From: an uncultured virus (IMG/VR IMGVR_UViG_3300017763_003471)
Taxonomy: Duplodnaviria > Heunggongvirae > Uroviricota > Caudoviricetes
IMG/VR virus record: IMGVR_UViG_3300017763_003471
Location: 118,592-138,591 of that record
DNA: 20,000 bases
Strand: one strand, 5' to 3'
The position numbers were made by a program, and so were the translations under genes. Each line of letters begins with the position of its first letter. Positions within the stretch are counted from its first letter, which is position 1. A model generated the notes under the pieces. It searched no databases, had not been told where the DNA came from, and was given only the letters and a program-made list of their open reading frames with translations. Shown here one piece after another: positions 1 through 8,520 of this stretch.

Positions 1-216
1 TTACTTTTCTACCTTTATATTACTTGGATTATACTGTTCGCCATTGTATTTAGAACCAGTTGCATTAGGTCCAGTTTCAACGCCACTATTACAACCTACA
101 ACAACTACTGCACCAAATAAACCAAATGCAAGACATGTACGTTTTGTCCACAACATAAATGCTTCGAATGTACGTTCAGCTTCTTCTTGTGCGGCGGCTT
201 TTACTTCATCATTCAT
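1..216 (-). CDS. Small membrane protein, weakly resembling aa3-type cytochrome c oxidase subunit IV; possible lipoprotein
   Basis: ORF track 1..240, start trimmed to ATG at 216 which overlaps the upstream stop (ATGA); AERTFEAFMLWTKR followed by a hydrophobic stretch ending VVVGC. Confidence 0.55.
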   Translation of the reverse strand: MNDEVKAAAQEEAERTFEAFMLWTKRTCLAFGLFGAVVVVGCNSGVETGPNATGSKYNGEQYNPSNIKVEK

Positions 217-365
217 TCTGGCACCGTCCATGGATAACAAGGTACAATGCTTTGTTTACAATACTTGGCATTGTCTACTAACAACACTGGTACACCTACT
301 ATAAAAAATAAAAGTATCAAAAATGCTGGTAGCAATCCTTTTGTTGTACAATAATTTTGACTCAT
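213..365 (-). CDS. Hypothetical small membrane protein (50 aa, MSQNYCTTKGLLPAFLILLFFIVGVPVLLVDNAKYCKQSIVPCYPWTVPE)
   Basis: Translated by hand; ATGA overlaps with both neighbours; one TM-like stretch. Confidence 0.65.
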   Translation of the reverse strand: MSQNYCTTKGLLPAFLILLFFIVGVPVLLVDNAKYCKQSIVPCYPWTVPE

Positions 366-514
366 TTAATAACCTTTCTTAATTCAGATCCTTCAAAGTT
401 TTCCATTGCAAGATACTTTTTCAGCACAGAATTTTCAGGATCTAATCTATAAACTTCCTTAGCCAGTTCTGCAATCATTTCATAATCTAGCTTTGTTTTA
501 ATATGTTTTCCCAT
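362..514 (-). CDS. Hypothetical protein (50 aa, MGKHIKTKLDYEMI...)
   Basis: ORF track 362..562 trimmed to the ATG downstream of tRNA-Arg. Confidence 0.65.
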   Translation of the reverse strand: MGKHIKTKLDYEMIAELAKEVYRLDPENSVLKKYLAMENFEGSELRKVIK

Positions 515-532
515 TTTCTTCTTTCTTGTATT

Positions 533-609
533 TGGCGCTTTCGGAAGGACTCGAACCCTCAACCTGCCGATTAGAAGTCGGCTGTTCTATCCAGTTGAAC
601 TACGAAAGC
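533..609 (-). tRNA. trnR: tRNA-Arg (anticodon UCU), CCA encoded
   Basis: Reverse complement GCTTTCG...GCCGA-CTTCTAA-TCGGC...GGTTCGAGTCC...CGAAAGCG-CCA folds as a cloverleaf. Confidence 0.96.
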
Positions 610-623
610 AATTATTGTGATAT

Positions 624-893
624 TTAAGATGGTGTAGGATTATGAAAATCCTCTTCATTAAGAACTACATCTTTCATTGGAACGACCACTGTAAAACCTC
701 CTGGGTCACGTCCATTGTCTTTGATTTCGTAAAGTTTATTTACACTATCTTGTGTAATAATAGTTCCAGTACGAGTTAGTTCTTTGATAGCAACGATAGG
801 CAAATCAGCCAAACTATACATGCCGCCGGGTCGACCAAATTCATCTACTGTAAATTCATATGTGTATGTGCATTCCATAATGTTTCCTTTCAC
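624..893 (-). CDS. Hypothetical protein between tRNA-Glu and tRNA-Arg
   Basis: ORF track 89 aa; true start probably MECTY... after AAGGA. Confidence 0.7.
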   Translation of the reverse strand: MKGNIMECTYTYEFTVDEFGRPGGMYSLADLPIVAIKELTRTGTIITQDSVNKLYEIKDNGRDPGGFTVVVPMKDVVLNEEDFHNPTPS

Positions 894-901
894 ATTTAAG
901 A

Positions 902-977
<76 letters not shown>

Positions 978-981
978 ATAT

Positions 982-1066
982 TGGTGCCTCCTCCCGGACT
1001 TGAACCGGGACGCCTTGAGGCGAGAGATTTTAAGTCTCTTGTGTCTACCTATTCCACCAAGGAGGC
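982..1066 (-). tRNA. trnL: tRNA-Leu (anticodon UAA), long variable arm, CCA encoded
   Basis: Reverse complement GCCTCCT...AGAGA-CTTAAAA-TCTCT-CGCCTCAAGGCG...GGTTCAAGTCC...AGGAGGCA-CCA. Confidence 0.96.
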
Positions 1067-1071
1067 TAAAC

Positions 1072-1359
1072 TTAAACATTTTCCTCCTGTGGTTGTTCAG
1101 TTGAAATTGTATGCATTTTCATAATTAGAAAATTGATATCGTCTGGAGACAAACCTTGTCGAATAGAATTACCTTCATCAGTAATGCCTGGTAGTTCATT
1201 CAGTTCGCCATTAATTAATGCACCAATCTCATACAAAGATTTCTGTGGCTCTTTGATAATACTCAATGAATACTTAGGTCCAAACTTTATACGTGTACGC
1301 ATAATGCCACCTAGTCCTTCAGTGAAATGTAAATCATCAAATGAAAATCGTTTACGCAT
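1072..1359 (-). CDS. Hypothetical phage protein
   Basis: ORF track 1072..1392, start trimmed to MRKRF... overlapping the upstream stop. Confidence 0.7.
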   Translation of the reverse strand: MRKRFSFDDLHFTEGLGGIMRTRIKFGPKYSLSIIKEPQKSLYEIGALINGELNELPGITDEGNSIRQGLSPDDINFLIMKMHTISTEQPQEENV

Positions 1360-1522
1360 ATTTAGGAGCCATGTCATTTTCAAATTGAGCAACTATCATT
1401 TTCTTATCTTCAATCATTCGTTCAATGATTGCATAGCCACTACGTTTTTCATCACTCGCACCTTCTTTAATAAGAATAAGTGCGTTCTCTAAACTTTCAA
1501 TGTCGTTCAATAATTCAATCAT
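1352..1522 (-). CDS. Hypothetical protein (56 aa, MIELLNDIESLENALILIKEGASDEKRS...)
   Basis: Translated by hand; fills the gap and overlaps both neighbours. Confidence 0.7.
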   Translation of the reverse strand: MIELLNDIESLENALILIKEGASDEKRSGYAIIERMIEDKKMIVAQFENDMAPKYA

Positions 1523-1797
1523 GAGTAATCCTTCTCAATCCATTCTGTTGCATCACCTGTTTTCATTACACCATAGAAACGTGTATTGATACAGTTTGGT
1601 CCGGTATACTTCCAACGTATATTCATACACATACCACCGGCACTTTCTTTTTCTCTAACTGCATAACCAATCGATTCTAAATCTCCAAAGCAGTATTGAG
1701 GTGACCCACCTGCTTCGATTATATTTGGACACATATTCATATCAATCTCTGCTTTAAGATTTTCAATCTTTTGATTGCTATGAAATACAGTATACAT
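1519..1797 (-). CDS. Hypothetical protein
   Basis: ORF track; tightly packed in the operon. Confidence 0.7.
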   Translation of the reverse strand: MYTVFHSNQKIENLKAEIDMNMCPNIIEAGGSPQYCFGDLESIGYAVREKESAGGMCMNIRWKYTGPNCINTRFYGVMKTGDATEWIEKDYS

Positions 1798-1799
1798 TA

Positions 1800-2123
1800 T
1801 TATGAACCTACTGTCAACTCAACAAAGTCGCCTTCGTAGTTATATTCAAGTTGTTCAACATAAACGCCCCAATACCCACAAGCATCCATAAGATGTTGTG
1901 AAGCCTTAAGAACAGAAGGAACATCCCATTCACCGTTAACAACTTTAATTTTATGACCTGATGCCCATTGCATCATAAAGAAATCATCAGTATTCAAACG
2001 ATAGTCAGCCATATCAGTTCGCAATTCATATTCACCATCAGGGATACTCATTGCTTTTTTGGATTCACAATCGAATACCATACGATTTTCGTTAAGATTT
2101 GAATAGATTGTTTCGTTTGTCAT
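1800..2123 (-). CDS. Hypothetical protein (putative early gene)
   Basis: ORF track; directly downstream of promoter P1 with a GA-rich RBS. Confidence 0.75.
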   Translation of the reverse strand: MTNETIYSNLNENRMVFDCESKKAMSIPDGEYELRTDMADYRLNTDDFFMMQWASGHKIKVVNGEWDVPSVLKASQHLMDACGYWGVYVEQLEYNYEGDFVELTVGS

Positions 2124-2154
2124 AGTGATTCTCTTTCTCTCTGATTACTTAATT

Positions 2155-2182
2155 AATATAGCACGATTCGTGATATTGTCAA
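2155..2182 (-). promoter_or_regulatory. Sigma70-type early promoter P1 with GANTC in spacer
   Basis: TTGACA-ATATCACGAATCGTGC-TATATT on minus strand; member of a 5-copy family. Confidence 0.85.
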
Positions 2183-2185
2183 GTT

Positions 2186-2347
2186 TTATATAGCAAGTAT
2201 TAACTTCATTTCGTTAACAATATCTTTGTATGTTTGGATCTTTTTTTCAATCGCATACTTTTTCATTTTTACTGATGAAGTGTTACCAGCAAAAGTAGTT
2301 AGATATTTTTCTAACTTTTTGATTTCGTTTTCGTATTGTTCTATCAT
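2186..2347 (-). CDS. Hypothetical protein (53 aa, MIEQYENEIKKLEKYLTTFAG...)
   Basis: Translated by hand; lies between promoters P2 and P1 with a GAGAGAG RBS. Confidence 0.7.
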   Translation of the reverse strand: MIEQYENEIKKLEKYLTTFAGNTSSVKMKKYAIEKKIQTYKDIVNEMKLILAI

Positions 2348-2372
2348 TTTTCTCTCTCTTGATTATGTATTT

Positions 2373-2400
2373 AATATAACACGATTCGGGGATTTGTCAA
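2373..2400 (-). promoter_or_regulatory. Sigma70-type early promoter P2 with GANTC in spacer
   Basis: TTGACA-AATCCCCGAATCGTGT-TATATT. Confidence 0.85.
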
Positions 2401-3275
2401 GTTTTTAAGAACGTTTTTGCGATAATATCTTGGTATTTTATTCCAGGGTGACACGTAGGATTACTAATGTTATTTACGTCCCTGCCCCAATCTTTTAGGT
2501 GTGATAAATCTTTAAAATCAGATTGTTTTATCTTTAAGGCCATAAGCATTTTACTATCCCAATCATCTGAAAAGTTTTTATCTATGATATTGGATAATCG
2601 TTTTGTTTCTACATTATGATAATTACATAATTCTTTTATGTTATTATTAATTTCATTATAGTTATTGAGTGATAAAAACTCATCTTGTATTTGTCTATAA
2701 TCTTTTTTACCTACTCCATGAATTTTAGAAAGTTCATGTCCATCAGCTAAAAGTCTAGCATGAATCAAAATGTATTTGTCGTTAAATCTGTATTCAAATC
2801 TACCAGGCCACCAACCTAACATATATATTTTACTAGGTTTATATGTCGCATTCTCTAACCATGCTTTCATTATTCTGTGTGCAGTAAAAGGACCCCCACC
2901 ACCTACACCAAAATTCTTTACAGTAATTCCTGTTTCTTGTTCAATACGAGCAGGCCAAGAATATTCAGCAGGTACACCCATACCTTCAGTCCAACTACAA
3001 CCAAAACACCATATTTCATTTTCAGAATTTTCTAATTCATATTCTCTGTTTTTGTAATCTCTGAAACCGTAAGAGTTTTTAGTATAACCAAAATTTAAAA
3101 ATCTGTCTAATGTATATCCAAGTTGGTTTATACTAAATGAGTCAGACAGTGAATCATCATTTCTCATATGATCCACCATTACCTTTTCACTATCGTCAAA
3201 GTACTTTGTGTCGATATATGATTTAAGACCAGTAGATGTTAATTCTATGTTAATCGTCACGTTCGCCATATCCAT
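2397..3275 (-). CDS. SGNH/GDSL-hydrolase-like protein
   Basis: IWCFGCSWTEGMGV (GDS-like block), SWP, NFGVGGGG, C-terminal HPG; start uncertain because the longer ORF overlaps the ligase. Confidence 0.6.
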   Translation of the reverse strand: MDMANVTINIELTSTGLKSYIDTKYFDDSEKVMVDHMRNDDSLSDSFSINQLGYTLDRFLNFGYTKNSYGFRDYKNREYELENSENEIWCFGCSWTEGMGVPAEYSWPARIEQETGITVKNFGVGGGGPFTAHRIMKAWLENATYKPSKIYMLGWWPGRFEYRFNDKYILIHARLLADGHELSKIHGVGKKDYRQIQDEFLSLNNYNEINNNIKELCNYHNVETKRLSNIIDKNFSDDWDSKMLMALKIKQSDFKDLSHLKDWGRDVNNISNPTCHPGIKYQDIIAKTFLKT

Positions 3276-4389
3276 AATCGATAACAACTGGAAATCTTGG
3301 AATACCATCATTTGATAATTCAAAGTATCTACAAGTAGCCCAATTAGGAGTTTCAGCATTTAGAAGTTCTTTTAGTTTTGCTTGTGAACCTCTGATACCT
3401 GAACTAAACTGAGTACCATTAGAAAGTTGAAGATTAAATCTTTTTGCATAACCTGACCAGTTACCATTTCCTTCTTCAACACTTACTACTTTAAATTCTT
3501 CTGTAATGAATTCTTTTCTCTTTAAAAGATTTTTACTTCTCTTACATTCGTAAGCAGAATTTTGTCTTACCATTTGACCTTCATAACCTGCTTCTGTGTA
3601 CTCACCATACATCTTATCGATATCGGCAGTAGTATCAGTTTTAGCAGTTTCAACAATAACAATCTTACCAAGACCGTCAAGGTAATTACCTTCTACTGGT
3701 AAATGCTTTACTAAGAAATACATTCTATCAATGAAAGGCATATCAGGATTATCGGCATCAAACATATCATAAATGTGATACTCAACTAATTCTGCACTCT
3801 CGGCTATTTCTTCTGGTCTACACTTTACTTTTCTAACAAGTGAAACAATCTTTTGAAAATCTGATTTAAGTTCGTGATTGTATAGTTCACCGTCAAGTGT
3901 AATATTAGGATAATCTTTAACAAAGTTTTCTAATGCCTCTGCAATATGAGGACAACTATTAATAGGCTTACCACTTCTTGAATTCATACCATGTTTATTA
4001 ACTAAACATCTGATACCATCTAGTTTCGGTTGTGTGTAACCGCTAGTAACTGGCTTCTTTGTAAAATCATTAGCTAACATAGGTTTGAATAGTTCGTAAC
4101 TATCAACATCATCTATGTTTTCAAAATATTCTTTATCTGCTTTTTGGTCCCAACTAGATTGTGCTTCTGAGATAGCTTGGGTCTTAGCAGTTGTTCCGTT
4201 TGCTTTACCAACATTTTTAGCAATAGATAAATTCCATTCGCTAGTGACTTTCTGGCCATCAATTAATCCGGCAATAGTTCTAGTACCAGCAACATCATCA
4301 GAATCAAAACCGTATTCTACAGTCCAAATTCTTAATTTGCCTTTTGTATCTCTCTTATATAGACTTGCTAAACTTGTGATATTTTGCAT
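3250..4389 (-). CDS. lig: ATP-dependent DNA ligase
   Basis: Motifs QPKLDGIR (KxDG), LDGELY, YHIYD, YEGQMVR, LLKRK, PRFPV. Confidence 0.95.
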   Translation of the reverse strand: MQNITSLASLYKRDTKGKLRIWTVEYGFDSDDVAGTRTIAGLIDGQKVTSEWNLSIAKNVGKANGTTAKTQAISEAQSSWDQKADKEYFENIDDVDSYELFKPMLANDFTKKPVTSGYTQPKLDGIRCLVNKHGMNSRSGKPINSCPHIAEALENFVKDYPNITLDGELYNHELKSDFQKIVSLVRKVKCRPEEIAESAELVEYHIYDMFDADNPDMPFIDRMYFLVKHLPVEGNYLDGLGKIVIVETAKTDTTADIDKMYGEYTEAGYEGQMVRQNSAYECKRSKNLLKRKEFITEEFKVVSVEEGNGNWSGYAKRFNLQLSNGTQFSSGIRGSQAKLKELLNAETPNWATCRYFELSNDGIPRFPVVIDYGYGERDD

Positions 4390-4413
4390 ACATTTTCTCC
4401 TGATTATGTATAT

Positions 4414-4441
4414 ATAATAACACTAAATGCTATTTTGTCAA
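4414..4441 (-). promoter_or_regulatory. Sigma70-type promoter P3 upstream of ligase (no GANTC)
   Basis: TTGACA-AAATAGCATTTAGTGT-TATTAT followed by TACATAATCAGGAG. Confidence 0.8.
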
Positions 4442-4861
4442 GTTTTTTGCTTTTAATTTCTTGGATTTTTTAGCCGCGACCTGCTTTTCTTCCTTACGAT
4501 AAGCAGTGAGCATAGTTTCTTGTAAGTCAAATGCTTCCACTTCCCATGCACGTTCTAAATATGGAGTATCTGAACACTCAAATAATGGGTGTTCTTTTCG
4601 TACATCTTGCTTAATATGAACAAATTCGTGGAAAACACTAGTTAGAATATCGTCTTCTTTAAGACCTCGTCTAATTCGCATGATATATTCACGATATTCG
4701 TCACCGCTAACTACATCAGCATCACATTTGATATTCTTTTTGAGTTCGATATCTACTTCTATATGCTTGTGTCGAGGTAGAAGATAATCCTTGGCAAACC
4801 ATAAGGCCTTTATTACCAATTCTTTCTCTGACTTTTTCCCGCCTTTTATAGAATAGTACAT
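4430..4861 (-). CDS. Putative zinc metallopeptidase-like protein
   Basis: HEFVH (HExxH) plus downstream WEVEA. Confidence 0.7.
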   Translation of the reverse strand: MYYSIKGGKKSEKELVIKALWFAKDYLLPRHKHIEVDIELKKNIKCDADVVSGDEYREYIMRIRRGLKEDDILTSVFHEFVHIKQDVRKEHPLFECSDTPYLERAWEVEAFDLQETMLTAYRKEEKQVAAKKSKKLKAKNLTK

Positions 4862-4877
4862 ATTTCTCTCTCATCAA

Positions 4878-4885
4878 TATTTATC
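4878..4885 (-). promoter_or_regulatory. T4-like late promoter candidate (GATAAATA)
   Basis: Resembles TATAAATA; intergenic, just upstream of the RBS. Confidence 0.5.
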
Positions 4886-4943
4886 GGATATTCTTAGGAT
4901 TAAGTGCGTAGATTATTGTGATTTTTCTTCGCAGTATGTATAT

Positions 4944-4971
4944 ACTATAACACGATTCGTGAATCTGTCAA
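4944..4971 (-). promoter_or_regulatory. Sigma70-type early promoter P4 with two GANTC sites
   Basis: TTGACA-GATTCACGAATCGTGT-TATAGT. Confidence 0.85.
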
Positions 4972-4973
4972 GT

Positions 4974-5456
4974 TTATGTAGTGTATTCGAAATTCTGAGT
5001 ATTGTCGTTGATACCAATTTGCTTTGCACCATTACTGATATGAAAGTGTGTAGCCATTGGTGTGAGAGGAGATAATGTAACCACTCTATTGATTCCTCTA
5101 TCTTTAGCATAAGAAATCATTTTGTTAACTATCTCTTTACCAGCACCTCTTTTTCTTGACCATACTGTATATGCAATAGCAACTTTTTCATCTTTTTTTA
5201 AATATGCAAGTTCACTCATCATATCTAATTCTCTTACACTTGTTGGAACGTCATTCGTATATGCAATACAAATAATTGCTTCAATATTATTCTCGTATTG
5301 TAATCCGTAAATTTTACGCCCATTTGTAATTCGCCAGCCCAAAGTTAACTCAGGCCTAACTGGATCTTCGGATACATCTATATCATCTAACTCTACTAAT
5401 TCTGTTCCTTTGACCCATCTAAAATAATCATTGATTTTATCTTTTACAATTTTCAC
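4974..5456 (-). CDS. Conserved phage protein, possible GNAT-like fold
   Basis: IAYTVWSRKRGAG (acetyl-CoA-binding-like RxGxG) and VVTLSP. Confidence 0.5.
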   Translation of the reverse strand: MKIVKDKINDYFRWVKGTELVELDDIDVSEDPVRPELTLGWRITNGRKIYGLQYENNIEAIICIAYTNDVPTSVRELDMMSELAYLKKDEKVAIAYTVWSRKRGAGKEIVNKMISYAKDRGINRVVTLSPLTPMATHFHISNGAKQIGINDNTQNFEYTT

Positions 5457-5467
5457 AATCTATCTCA

Positions 5468-6364
5468 TTAATCAAACAGACTACCAAAGGCATCTGCTTG
5501 GTTAGGGTTAATACGCAACTGCTTTGGATAACCAGTTCTTTCTTTTTTGATTATCTGCGTCCATTTGGCTTTGTCACTTGGTAAATTATACTTCTTTGCA
5601 ATATAATCATCACGCATCTTTTCATCGTCTTTGCGTGTTTCTGTATCGCTCCAAGTTGATCCAGCAGTCATTTCTTTTAACATAATGTTACGTAACATAT
5701 ATGTTCCTTTATTTGCCATCACACATGACATAATAAATTCATCGTCTTCACCACCTAGTATAGGTTTCGTACCCCATGGATGAACATTGAAGTATTCGTC
5801 CATCATTAATCTTTCTTTATTGTTTCTAAGAAAGAAAAGTGTACCTTTCATATGAGTAAGTTTTCTATCGAATACAAACTCTGTATTCCAGTCTACATCT
5901 TTGTAATCGTTATCTACTCCATTAAACTTGTCATAAAACGCCCCATCACCCGGTCTTTGGTCGTTGTGCGGTGCGAATAACGTAATGTCTTTAAACTTTC
6001 CCGGACTTTTACGAAAGATATCACAAATGTTGATATGAGTGTGAGGGAAATTAGGGTGAAGATTAAGAATTGCATCGCTATCTGCAAAAATAGCCCACTC
6101 ATCTCCGGTGTCATAGAAGTGATTGAATAATATATTTCTTGCACTTGCAGGAGGAGTAGGAACATCAAGCCTGTCAATATAATGAACCCTATCGTTATCC
6201 CAATACTCAACTTCATCAAAGTCCATAGCGAGTATTCTAATTTCAATTTCTTTATCATAATTTAACCACCAATCTATTTGTTTATTATGATTATCACTTC
6301 TTTTCTGCCTTGTCTCTGTATTAGCACGATGTCCGTGATACGCAATTATGTAAATCGCTTTCAT
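5468..6364 (-). CDS. Glycosyltransferase-like protein (GT-A)
   Basis: ASARN, IFADSD (DxD), GGEDDEF motifs. Confidence 0.6.
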   Translation of the reverse strand: MKAIYIIAYHGHRANTETRQKRSDNHNKQIDWWLNYDKEIEIRILAMDFDEVEYWDNDRVHYIDRLDVPTPPASARNILFNHFYDTGDEWAIFADSDAILNLHPNFPHTHINICDIFRKSPGKFKDITLFAPHNDQRPGDGAFYDKFNGVDNDYKDVDWNTEFVFDRKLTHMKGTLFFLRNNKERLMMDEYFNVHPWGTKPILGGEDDEFIMSCVMANKGTYMLRNIMLKEMTAGSTWSDTETRKDDEKMRDDYIAKKYNLPSDKAKWTQIIKKERTGYPKQLRINPNQADAFGSLFD

Positions 6365-7977
6365 TATTTTATACCTATTAACATAAATCTATTATACCTA
6401 TCGCAATCCTTAGTTCCTAAGAATAGTACTTTAGACATAGTATACTTTTTCTCTAACTCTGTCAAGTCCTTAACTGTGTTTATGTGTTCGTCTATTTCAT
6501 GAAAATCGTTTGTTTGTATTGCTACTGTAGTACCTGGCTTAATTTTATTAAACCATTCTTCTGTCATATGCTCTGCACTTGTATTAATAACTAAATCATG
6601 CTTATCATAATCATAACTATTTGCATCTGCTACTAAACCTGTGTATGTATCATTATACTTGTTCAATGCTTTACTAAATTTTATTGCTTGTTCATCAACA
6701 TCTATATTAGTTACTTTATGCATTACGTTTTTCTTAACTGACCAAAAACTTGATATACCTAACCAACCACCTACAAATACTGCATCTTTAAATCTAGTGT
6801 CTAGTTTTATTAAATTTTCTATTAACCATATTTTACTTTCTACTTGATAATTAGAATGAGCATCAATGTAGTTACAATCTGGTGCTTCTTTTACTGCACC
6901 CATCAACATACCAAAATAAGGATCTTGTTCACTTCCAAAGTATTCAAACATGAAATGTACACATCTTTCTGGATTGAATCTGTTCTTCGATCCACTATAA
7001 AGATATTGTAAAAACATTTGTAAATTTTCTGACTTATATTTCTTATCCCATATAAGTTTTTCAACTGCATTATAAATATTTTGTTGATGGTCTTTATTAG
7101 AATCCATAACTGCAAGTCGCATCAAATCTATATCATCTGCATCTGGATGATTTACCCATTCAGCATATCGTTGAATACCATTTAGCATATATCTACCATC
7201 AGGGTATGTTGTATCGAATTCAACTATAGGCTGTGGTTTCCAATTCTTTCTTTGTTTGAACCAAGTGTTCAACCATTTCCAATTATTAATTCTGTGTAAC
7301 TTATCACCTTTACCTACATTTACAGTACCGTAGTTTTCTCCCATGATAGAACCTGATAAGATTTCTGCACGAAAACCTACATCTTCTAATGGGTTCTTCC
7401 ACTCTGATAATTTCTGTCTTCTATCTTGTGTAGCAATACCACTTGCAAGTTTAGTGCTTTCTCTAAATGCACCTTTCCAAGCATTAAAGGCAGTTGTATT
7501 GAAACGTGTTTCATTGGATATTTCTTCTATTGGTAAATATGGAAAGCCTCGTCTTGCAACTTCCGATGTTACATCTACACCTGGAAACTGTTCATACCCC
7601 CATGCTTTATCAAAGAATGCCTCTCTAGCAAATAACTTCACGCCACCGTACCCATATGTTTTTCCTGTAGCAGGGTTAATTGCTCTCCAAACATGTGTAC
7701 ATTGTGCAGAACATGTTTCTGGATATACTTCATCAGTTGTACTAGGTATATAAGAAAAATCAAAATCATCGGTAATCCAAGCATCACCGTCTACTACAAA
7801 AAAGTGTTCTGTTTTTGATTGTCTTGCACATTCTTTATGTGCATTATAGATGCCATCAATGTCTGCTACATTGACCACACGTTGAGGGTACCCTGACTTC
7901 TCTTTTAGTCTGTCAAAGTTATCTTGTGAAAAATCATTCTTATATGTTAGATAAAAAATATCCAATAAAGGTTGCAT
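6364..7977 (-). CDS. Fusion of GT-A-like domain and SAM-dependent methyltransferase-like domain
   Basis: N-terminal AHKECAR...FFVVDGD; C-terminal VFVGGWLG, NIDVD, DLVINTSAEHM. Confidence 0.6.
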   Translation of the reverse strand: MQPLLDIFYLTYKNDFSQDNFDRLKEKSGYPQRVVNVADIDGIYNAHKECARQSKTEHFFVVDGDAWITDDFDFSYIPSTTDEVYPETCSAQCTHVWRAINPATGKTYGYGGVKLFAREAFFDKAWGYEQFPGVDVTSEVARRGFPYLPIEEISNETRFNTTAFNAWKGAFRESTKLASGIATQDRRQKLSEWKNPLEDVGFRAEILSGSIMGENYGTVNVGKGDKLHRINNWKWLNTWFKQRKNWKPQPIVEFDTTYPDGRYMLNGIQRYAEWVNHPDADDIDLMRLAVMDSNKDHQQNIYNAVEKLIWDKKYKSENLQMFLQYLYSGSKNRFNPERCVHFMFEYFGSEQDPYFGMLMGAVKEAPDCNYIDAHSNYQVESKIWLIENLIKLDTRFKDAVFVGGWLGISSFWSVKKNVMHKVTNIDVDEQAIKFSKALNKYNDTYTGLVADANSYDYDKHDLVINTSAEHMTEEWFNKIKPGTTVAIQTNDFHEIDEHINTVKDLTELEKKYTMSKVLFLGTKDCDRYNRFMLIGIK

Positions 7978-7979
7978 GT

Positions 7980-8303
7980 CTAAGCTACATCGTCTGGCTT
8001 TGTCTCACTTGTTCCTAACATACCTTCTGGATCACCCATCCAAATCTCAGTTTCTACACCATCGATTTCTACTTTATGTGCTTCTGTCCATCTTGCATGT
8101 TCCATAAGAACCCATTGACCTGCTTGTACAGATTCTTGTCTAGGTCCTACTGCATAGATTTGAGCCCAACGTGGTCTGATGCCACGTTCACCTGCGGACA
8201 TTTGTGAATCATCTGGAACGATGATTCCACCCTTTGTTGTCTTTTCCCCTTTATCCAAATTCTTTAATAGAATTCGGTCTCCCAACGGTCTTAGTTGTGC
8301 CAT
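7980..8303 (-). CDS. groES: Co-chaperonin GroES/Cpn10
   Basis: LRPLGDRILLK, KTTKGGIIVPD, AVGP. Confidence 0.9.
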   Translation of the reverse strand: MAQLRPLGDRILLKNLDKGEKTTKGGIIVPDDSQMSAGERGIRPRWAQIYAVGPRQESVQAGQWVLMEHARWTEAHKVEIDGVETEIWMGDPEGMLGTSETKPDDVA

Positions 8304-8304
8304 T

Positions 8305-8502
8305 TTAATCCTCTATCAATTTACAAGTTTCGTTGTCTGCTTCTAGTTCAGTTCCTTTTTTATGGATCCAAACATATGAGTAAACTACTGTACCGTCATT
8401 ATTTGTCATACACTTTTTACCCAATTTTACTTCTGGTGGAGTAACGTTTCCGCTACATCCTGTTAATATTGCCAATGCAAAAATCGCCAACATTGTTCTC
8501 AT
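8305..8502 (-). CDS. Small lipoprotein
   Basis: Signal peptide with lipobox ILTG-C. Confidence 0.7.
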   Translation of the reverse strand: MRTMLAIFALAILTGCSGNVTPPEVKLGKKCMTNNDGTVVYSYVWIHKKGTELEADNETCKLIED

Positions 8503-8520
8503 AATTTTAGCCCCCTTAAG

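Noticed and set aside
515..562. N-terminal extension of ORF 362..562
   Set aside because: Overlaps tRNA-Arg; the ATG at 514 is the plausible start
2155..2405. Repeated ~30-bp motif as a CRISPR repeat
   Set aside because: Copies are dispersed and degenerate, separated by whole genes, and match -35/-10 promoter architecture
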